64,000 bases of DNA from Octopus vulgaris (lineage: Eukaryota). The stretch covers positions 58,838,001 through 58,902,000 of the forward strand of contig OX597832.1 of assembly GCA_951406725.2 (NCBI GenBank), written 5' to 3'. The stretch's first letter is position 1; every line of letters begins with the position of its first letter. A program made the translations under genes and the position numbers. This document shows, piece by piece, positions 55,905 through 64,000 of the stretch. A model generated the notes under the pieces. The model did not search any database and was not told the origin of the DNA. It worked only from the letters and a program-made list of their open reading frames with translations.

Positions 55905-56083
55905 ATATATATATATATATTATATGTTTATATATATATAATATATGTATGTGTGTGTTTGTGTATATATATATATATATATATAAATATATATGTATGT
56001 GTGTATGTATATACAGATATATATTTATGTAAATATATAATACACAGATACATATATGCTTGTATATATATATACACACACAT

Positions 56084-56121
<38 letters not shown>

Positions 56122-56213
56122 ACATATAATGTACTTATATCATTGCATAATTAGATATACAGAATTTATATAAACATTTACTAAACGGACCTGTTGACGA
56201 ATAAATGTTTCAA

Positions 56214-56313
<100 letters not shown>

Positions 56314-57209
56314 TGTGTGTGTGTGTGTATATATATGTGTATATATATATTTGTGTATCTGTGTGCTCTTCTGCATGGCATATATGTGTGTGTATCTATG
56401 TTTTCAGAAATTCACAGGAGACGAAATAGTTCTGTACATATGCAGTAGCGTGTATTAATTTCTCTGAGATCAATTATTTACACCAAATTTATTTTGAGTT
56501 TTCACACAAAGCTCCTCGTTTCAACATTCTTCCACTGAAGCCTGAGAATCAACCTAGACTATAAAACTGTTAATTTGTTCTTCGCCCTTATTGGTTTCCT
56601 AATTGTCTGGTAATAATTACTAGTGACATTGGTTTACTTGTCAGGTAGCTACTTTTTATTTATTATAAATGCCTCTTTTGTGAAGGCGCGTGGCTTAGTG
56701 GTTAGGGTGTCAGTATCATGATCGTAACATTGTGGTTTCGATTCCTGGACCAGGCGACTCGTTGTGTTCTTGAGCAAAACACTTCATTTCACGTTGATCC
56801 AGTCCACTCAGTTGCCAAAAATGAGTAACGCTGCGATGGACTGGCGTCCCGTCCAGCTGGGGAACATATACACCATAGAAACCGGGAAACCGGGCCCATG
56901 AGCCTGGCTAGGCTTTAAAAGGACGCATTCATTTATTATTTAAATGCTTCTTTTATCTCTCATCTTTTAAATTTTCCATCTCTCCATCAATGGATGGCAG
57001 ATATGCTGAGAAACTGGTTGGAATTCCTTAGTCGATCGAAGAGAACTCTGTTCTTATACTTATTTTCCAAGGTTGGTACTCATTCTAACACCGTCTTTCA
57101 CCGAACCGCTACATTATGGGGACGTAAACAAACCATCACAAGTTATTAGTTAAACGTTGGTGGTGGTGGTGGGAGTTTGGGTGACAAACACAGAAAGAGG
57201 CACCAGCAA

Positions 57210-57255
<46 letters not shown>

Positions 57256-57571
57256 GCTTACACACACATACACATATACACATATCTATATACATACATG
57301 ATTATACATACATATATGTGTGTGTGTGTTTTTGTGTGTGTGTATGTAGGACTTGCTTCCACTGAGTTTCCTTTTACTAAGTTGAATAACAAAGCATTGT
57401 TTGGCCCCAGAGCTTTTCCCAAGATGTTTCGTACTTGATTTGAACCAGGAAATTTGTGGTTGCTTCTAGCCACACGTCAATGTCTGCACCTTTTGAAGAA
57501 AAACGGCTAAAAATCTCCGGTGACAGCAGTCCACATCTTAGAATCCAATATTTTTCACTCTTCATTCCCAG

Positions 57572-57834
57572 CGTGTCCTGACCATATTTCATGTGTCATG
57601 GAGTAGAGCGGTCTTCCATTGCAGTGTTCTTAAGTGCCATTGTTTGCTGCGTGGGAGTTCTGGTAGTTATTGTATCGAAGATGAAAAGCTACGTCTGCAA
57701 TCAACGCCAAAACCACATCAATCTGAAGTTGAATCCTCGAATTACCTCAATCAAAATATTCGGAATTTTAGTTTTCCAAATGTACTCTCTCGAAAAGCTT
57801 GATGAACTAACAATAAAGCACAAACCCCAATTTG
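57572..57834 (+). other. Candidate spliced exon (unverified)
   Basis: Acceptor tttttcactcttcattcccAG and donor G|GTAAGC around non-repetitive sequence; ATG at 57591 stays open to the donor. Confidence 0.25.
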
Positions 57835-57855
57835 GTAAGCCATATCAGGTCTTCG

Positions 57856-57928
<73 letters not shown>

Positions 57929-57929
57929 C

Positions 57930-58003
<74 letters not shown>

Positions 58004-58143
58004 ATCCCTCTATATATATCTGTCTATCTACCTACCTATCTAGCTATCTGGCTATCAATCGATCTATCTATCTATTTATCTATCTCTCATCTATCTATAT
58101 ATCTATCTTTCTATCTATCTATCTCACTGCCTGTCCACGCATG

Positions 58144-58176
<33 letters not shown>

Positions 58177-58357
58177 GTATAGACAGATAAATATACGCTT
58201 ATATTGATGTATATATATATATACATATGTATATATATATATACATATATATATATGTATATATATTTATATATGTATATGTATATATGCATGTATATAT
58301 ATACTTATATATATGTATATATATATAACATACATATATACATACATATATATACAT

Positions 58358-58414
<57 letters not shown>

Positions 58415-58610
58415 CATGCATACATACACATGTATGTGTGTAAATATATTTGACTGTTTTGAATCAAAATGGTGGGATACACAATTTCCGTCAGTGTAGA
58501 CGTCTTTCATCTCTGTTCCGGCTCCACTTAGTCATGATATACTTGTCTCTAACTGCAGGTCATTGAATTAATCTCAGAACAATGGAGTCGCGTATTGCTT
58601 TACTACGACG

Positions 58611-58691
<81 letters not shown>

Positions 58692-59027
58692 ATACATATA
58701 AGGTGGCTGTGTATAACAAAGGATTTAGACATAGGTATGTTGTGAAAGTCATGTTCTTTGCAGGAGTATTAATGACATAAGTTAAGCTTCTCTTAATCTA
58801 CCTCAACCGGGAATCGTGACACAGTTAATGGAAACAACTCGGCAGTCAAGTCGCGATGGGTGTCTTTTGGTTGTCTTACGGTATTCTACTATAACTCCAC
58901 ACTCACCTGCTGACTATCATTATTTTCTTTACATCTGTACCATCACTCCCACCTCTCTCTCTCTCTCTCTTCGTCTGTCTCTTTCCATATATATATATGT
59001 GTGTGTGTGTATATATATATATGTACT

Positions 59028-59058
<31 letters not shown>

Positions 59059-59068
59059 GGATACATGA

Positions 59069-59125
<57 letters not shown>

Positions 59126-60034
59126 TAGATAGATATATATATATGCATGTATGTATATATATATATATATATATAAATATAGATATGAATATATATATAT
59201 TTATATATATACGTGTATTTATATACATGTATATATGTATATATTTATGTATAGCATGTATATGTATAAAGATATATGTATATATATATATGTATATATA
59301 TATATTTACATGTATACGTGCACACGCACACACACACACACATATACAAGCAGTATAGATCAACGAATGTCATGGTTGAGAATGCGGGTCCAATAGAAAA
59401 TGAAGTGGAGCGCATATATGACTTTATCCCCATATTACTAATTCGACGTAAAACGTTACACTTTTTGTGTATTCATTCTACCTCAAAAATAAATATCTGA
59501 AAGCATTTTTCTACACAAAAGACTCGAAGCAACAAGTGAATCCTCGTTTTCCCTTGTTCCCTTCCAACCTTCTCTCATTTATTGTATATCATAATATAAA
59601 TTACATTGAAATTCATCTTAAGAATATCTATACTAATAGAATGCTGGTTGAACTATGATACGAAAGCAGTTATTTGGAGAAAACTTGATTTTCCATGCAT
59701 ATATGATATGAATAAAAGGCTTCCCAGAGGAATTCAATCCAAAATACAGAAGCTCTATACCAAAATATGTCACATGGTTCACCAGCAGGTTATTTGACAT
59801 ACAAATGAGAAGTAATTGTTTCAAATTTTGCCACAAGAGCAAGGATTTGGGGGAGAGGATGAGTCAATTATATGGACTTCGGTGTTCAATTGGTACTTAT
59901 TTTATCGACCCTGAAGGGATAAAAAGCAGAATCGACCTCGGCTTAATTTGAACTCAGAACGTAGCGGTAGACGAAATACTGCTAAGCATTTTGTTGAGCG
60001 TGCTAACGATTCTGCCAGTTCGCCGCCTCATACA

Positions 60035-60402
60035 AATAAGAAAGAGAGCGCAAACCTCCGCCAAGGCAAAACTAACTTTCTCTCACCGATTGGCCAGATA
60101 TGATGTTTTAAAGTGAAAATATCTGAACTAAACTCGACTCCTCTCAAAAGAGAAACTAAAAATGAATCCGACCGCTCTCAAAAAAAACAAAAAAAAAAAA
60201 CAAAAACAGGAAAAATAATCCAGAATCTTTGTCCCGTGTCGGATCGATCCCATAATCTAACCAGTTTGTGTCAGTCACGTGGCCAAACATCCATGAAAGT
60301 TTCATCCGTATCCATCAAGCGCTTCTTGAGATATCTTGTTCACGGACAAACTAACAAAAAAACACGACTGAAAACGATACCTCCGTCTTAGTGGAGGTCA
60401 TA
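60035..60402 (+). mobile_element. Helentron-associated non-autonomous element (HINE/DINE-1-like)
   Basis: 5' gagagcgcaaacctccgccaagg and 3' acctccg..ggaggt hairpin; second copy at 61809-62244. Confidence 0.7.
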
Positions 60403-60499
60403 ACGATTGGCATTCTTGACGTTCTTTTTGTTAGTGTTTCATTTGTGCACCAATCTGGAAGACAAAATTATTCAAATCCCAACAAGTTAATATAATATA

Positions 60500-61312
60500 G
60501 TGGGGAACTGGCAGAAGCGTTAGCACGCCGGGCGAAATGCTTAGCGGTATTTCGTCTGTTGCAACGTTCTGAGTTCAAATTCCACCGAGGTCGACTTTGC
60601 CTTTCATCCTTTCGGGGTCGATAAATTAAGTACGAGTTACGCACTGGAGTCGATGTAATCGACTTAATCCCTTTGTCTGTCCTTGTTTATCTCCTCTATG
60701 TTTAACCCCTTGTGGGCAATAAAGAAATAGGTATTTCATCTGTCCTTACGTTCTGAGTTCAAATTCCACCGAGATCGACTTTGTCTTTCATCTATTCGGC
60801 GTCAATATAATAAGTACCAGCTGCGTACTGGGGTCGACATTGTCTTACATCCATTCGAGGTTAATATAATAAGTACCAGTCGCGTACTGGCCCCCTCCCC
60901 CAAAATTTCAGGCCATGTGCCTAGAGTAGAAATGAATATAATAAGTACCAGTTCAGCATTGGGGTCAATGTAATCGACTTAACTTACCCACCTCCCAAAT
61001 TGCTGGCCTTGTACCAAAATTCGAAAGAAACATATTTAGATATATATGGCGGCGAGCTGGCAGAAGCGTTAGCGCGCCGGGCGAAATGCTTAGTGGTATT
61101 TCGGGGTCGATAAGTACCAGTTACGAACTGGTATATCGACCCCAGTGCGTAACTGGTACTTATTTAATCGACCTTACGTTCTGAGTTTAAATACCGCCGA
61201 GGTCGACTTTGCCTTTCATCCTTTCGGGATCAAAAAATAAGTACCTGTTGAGTACTGTGGTCGGCTAACCTCATCCCCTCAAAATGCTGACCCTGTGCTA
61301 AAATTTGAAACT
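60500..61312 (+). repeat. Family C SINE cluster with multimers and a small internal inversion (~61131-61172)
   Basis: Heads at ~60502 and ~61048; repeated taagtaccag cores. Confidence 0.85.
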
Positions 61313-61808
61313 ACTATTTCTAGAACTGTATTATGAATTAATACGAGTTTCTCCTTTAGGCTTCGTAAAATGAAAAAAAGTGGCTCCTATTTTCGGTAGG
61401 AAGAAGACGAAATATTCTCATTTGTACTACGAAGTGAAAATATGATCGTTTTAACTTCGAGGTTTGCTCAGAGGCAATCACCTTAAACTGACATGGCTGC
61501 CAGCGATTGTTGAAAATTGGGCGTTTTAATAAAAATTTCATTTTGCCAAGAATGAAAGGATTAAAAACAGATATTTTTGTTGATGATTTTGAGAGAAATA
61601 AAATAAAAGTACAATAAATAAAAAAAATGAAAATAGAAAAGCGAAAAATTGAGAGACTTAAAATCTGACGAGTTTATTAATCAATCTGGATTTTACATAT
61701 TAAGTGTTATGGAGGAAAAGTGGATAGTTTGTAATATTTTAACACAGCACAACGGCGTATATCTTTAAGAACGATAGAATATGTTTATTTAAATCGATAG
61801 CAATAAAT

Positions 61809-62244
61809 AACAAGAGCATCGAGAGAGTGCAAACCTCCGCCAATGCAACACCAACATCCTCTCAACGATTAGCAGGAGATAATATTTAAAATGAGGATAT
61901 CTGAAATAAACTCGTTTGCTCTCACAAATGAGAATACTAAAAATTAACACGACCACTCAAAAATTGAGTAAAAGTAAAACGGAAAAGCAATCCAGAATCT
62001 TTGTCCTGTAGCGGATCGATCCCAAAATCTAATCAGTTGGATCATTCTGTATTTAGTCCCTTGTGGGTAATAAAACAAATTGATCCCAAAATCTAATCAG
62101 TTTGTGCCAGTCATGAGGTGAAACGTCCCTGAAAGTTTCACCCGAATCCCTCTTGCTGATCTTGAGATATCTTGCCCACGGACAAACAAACAAACGAACA
62201 CGACTGAAAAACAATACCTCCCACCTTCGCTGAGGCGGAGGTAA
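61809..62244 (+). mobile_element. HINE-like element, second copy, interrupted by a 43-bp insertion
   Basis: Homologous to 60035-60402; 3' hairpin acctcccaccttcgctgaggcggaggt. Confidence 0.75.
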
Positions 62245-62669
62245 CTAGTACTGATTTTGTCGATTCTAAAGGAATCATTAAAGGGACTCCCGACATGCTA
62301 GAAACAGTAACCAAAGAAATATACACTGAATCACACTTTGCGTTTCTTTTAATGTTTATCTTTTGGGCTGATTCTGTCATTGGAGTTCAGCCTTGCCGAG
62401 CTCCTTCTCGAGAAATGTAGCTGAACAAAATGGAGCCATTGATTATTTACTTATCGAACCTATGGGGATGTAAAGAAACAAACACTGACCAGTTGTCAAG
62501 CACTGGTCGAGTATAGACACCAATACACACACATATACCCTCACATGTACACAGACACACGTATTGAAACACACACCTACATATATATGTGTGTGTGTGG
62601 TGTGTGTACGTATGTATGCATCTATATCGCCAGTGTATAATATATCCAAAAGAGAAGCACATTGTAAGG

Positions 62670-62978
62670 CAATGGTTCCCAAAGTGGGTGGTATTGCCCC
62701 TTGGGGGTGGTGGAAAGTTCCAAGGGCGCATTGAAAAAAATGGGGCGGGAATGGGGTAGCGATTAATATAACAAGTGGGGTGATAATGGGGTAGCGATTC
62801 ATATAAAAAAAAACAAAATAATGGGTTCATTAGATTAAGATTTATTTGTAAAATACATTTGCTTTGAATTTGCTTCCGAAAGAGGTCTATGTTTGTGATG
62901 GTTAGTTGGGGTGGGGGCGCTAGGAATGTAGGCCGGGCGTCTAGGGGGCGGCAGCCCTAAAAAGTTTGGGAGCCACTG
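62670..62978. mobile_element. hAT (Charlie-like) MITE
   Basis: TIRs caatggttcccaaa / tttgggagccactg; decayed 8-bp flanks ttgtaagg / ctctaaag. Confidence 0.8.
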
Positions 62979-63118
62979 CTCTAAAGCATAGAACAGTGCA
63001 GTAATTCCTCGAGTATCGTGGACGTTACGTTCCAAAACCTCCCACAGAAATAATATGTATATATATATATATTTGTACATACATATACATACATATATGT
63101 ATCTACATATATATACAA

Positions 63119-63173
<55 letters not shown>

Positions 63174-63203
63174 CATACATACATACATACATACATACAT
63201 ACA

Positions 63204-63236
<33 letters not shown>

Positions 63237-64000
63237 GCAGGTTGTGTGTGTGTGTCTTTTTGTTTGACAAAAGGCGTTGGTTAATTTACGTCTCCGTAAC
63301 TTAGCATATCAGCAAAGGCCTCCAATAAATTAATACCAGATGTAAAAATTGGCACTTTGGTAGAATAGTTCTACTAAAACCCTTCAAGGTGGCGCTCCAG
63401 TGTGGTCACAAGACTGAAACAAGTAACGAATGAATAAAAAAAAACGATAATATATATATAGACAGAGACTGGATAGTTAAAACCGGTTATACAACCTAGT
63501 GAATAATTTAGTTTAATTTGATGGTCGAAACGCGGATGGGATGGCTTTGCCGTTCATGCTTCACGAGGTCTGTTATAATAAGAATTCCAAGACAATTCGT
63601 TAGACTATTATTATTAATTCAGTTTCCTAAACACGTCTGGTTTTGTGGCAGCGTGAGAAATCATTAAGAAAGAAATAAAATCGCTAGACCGATTCTAAAA
63701 GGTGCCTAAACTTAACTCCAATATTTATATCGATAAATGTGGCAACTTTAAACACAATGCTGATGGGGAGAATACATATTGCTTGATTGATTTTATTTTT
63801 TTCGTGGATTTTCGTCTTTTCGTCATCGTGAAAGAGGTAAGGTATAAACACATGTGATAAATATAATGGAGGAAGAGATCGATAAAACTGTGTCATAAAC
63901 AATTATAGTTTTCAGATAATCGATAATAGCACACACATTGTTTCGCTTTCCTTTGCCAACGAAGACGAAGATGCTGTTATATTTGCGCAAATTTATTATT

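Overview
AT-rich, microsatellite-saturated eukaryotic DNA. The repeat content (tRNA-derived CORE-type and LF-SINE-like SINEs, RTE, R4/Dong, Penelope, Helitron/Helentron, mariner, hAT) suggests an octopus intronic or intergenic region; this host call is inferred from the repeats only. No host protein-coding gene can be supported, and nearly all ORFs in the track are microsatellite translations. The recognisable coding remnants are all from transposable elements: a Penelope GIY-YIG endonuclease, an RTE C-terminus with a twin-priming-like 5' inversion, two R4/Dong restriction-like endonuclease ends and a Helitron RepHel N-terminus. The most notable structure is about 13 type I hammerhead ribozyme (HHR) motifs from several sequence families. 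Four have an intact CUGANGA/GAAA/NUH core, and most have quasi-palindromic stem III. Several sit in fold-back palindromes, two of which place a hammerhead on each strand. All folds were paired by eye and have not been computed.
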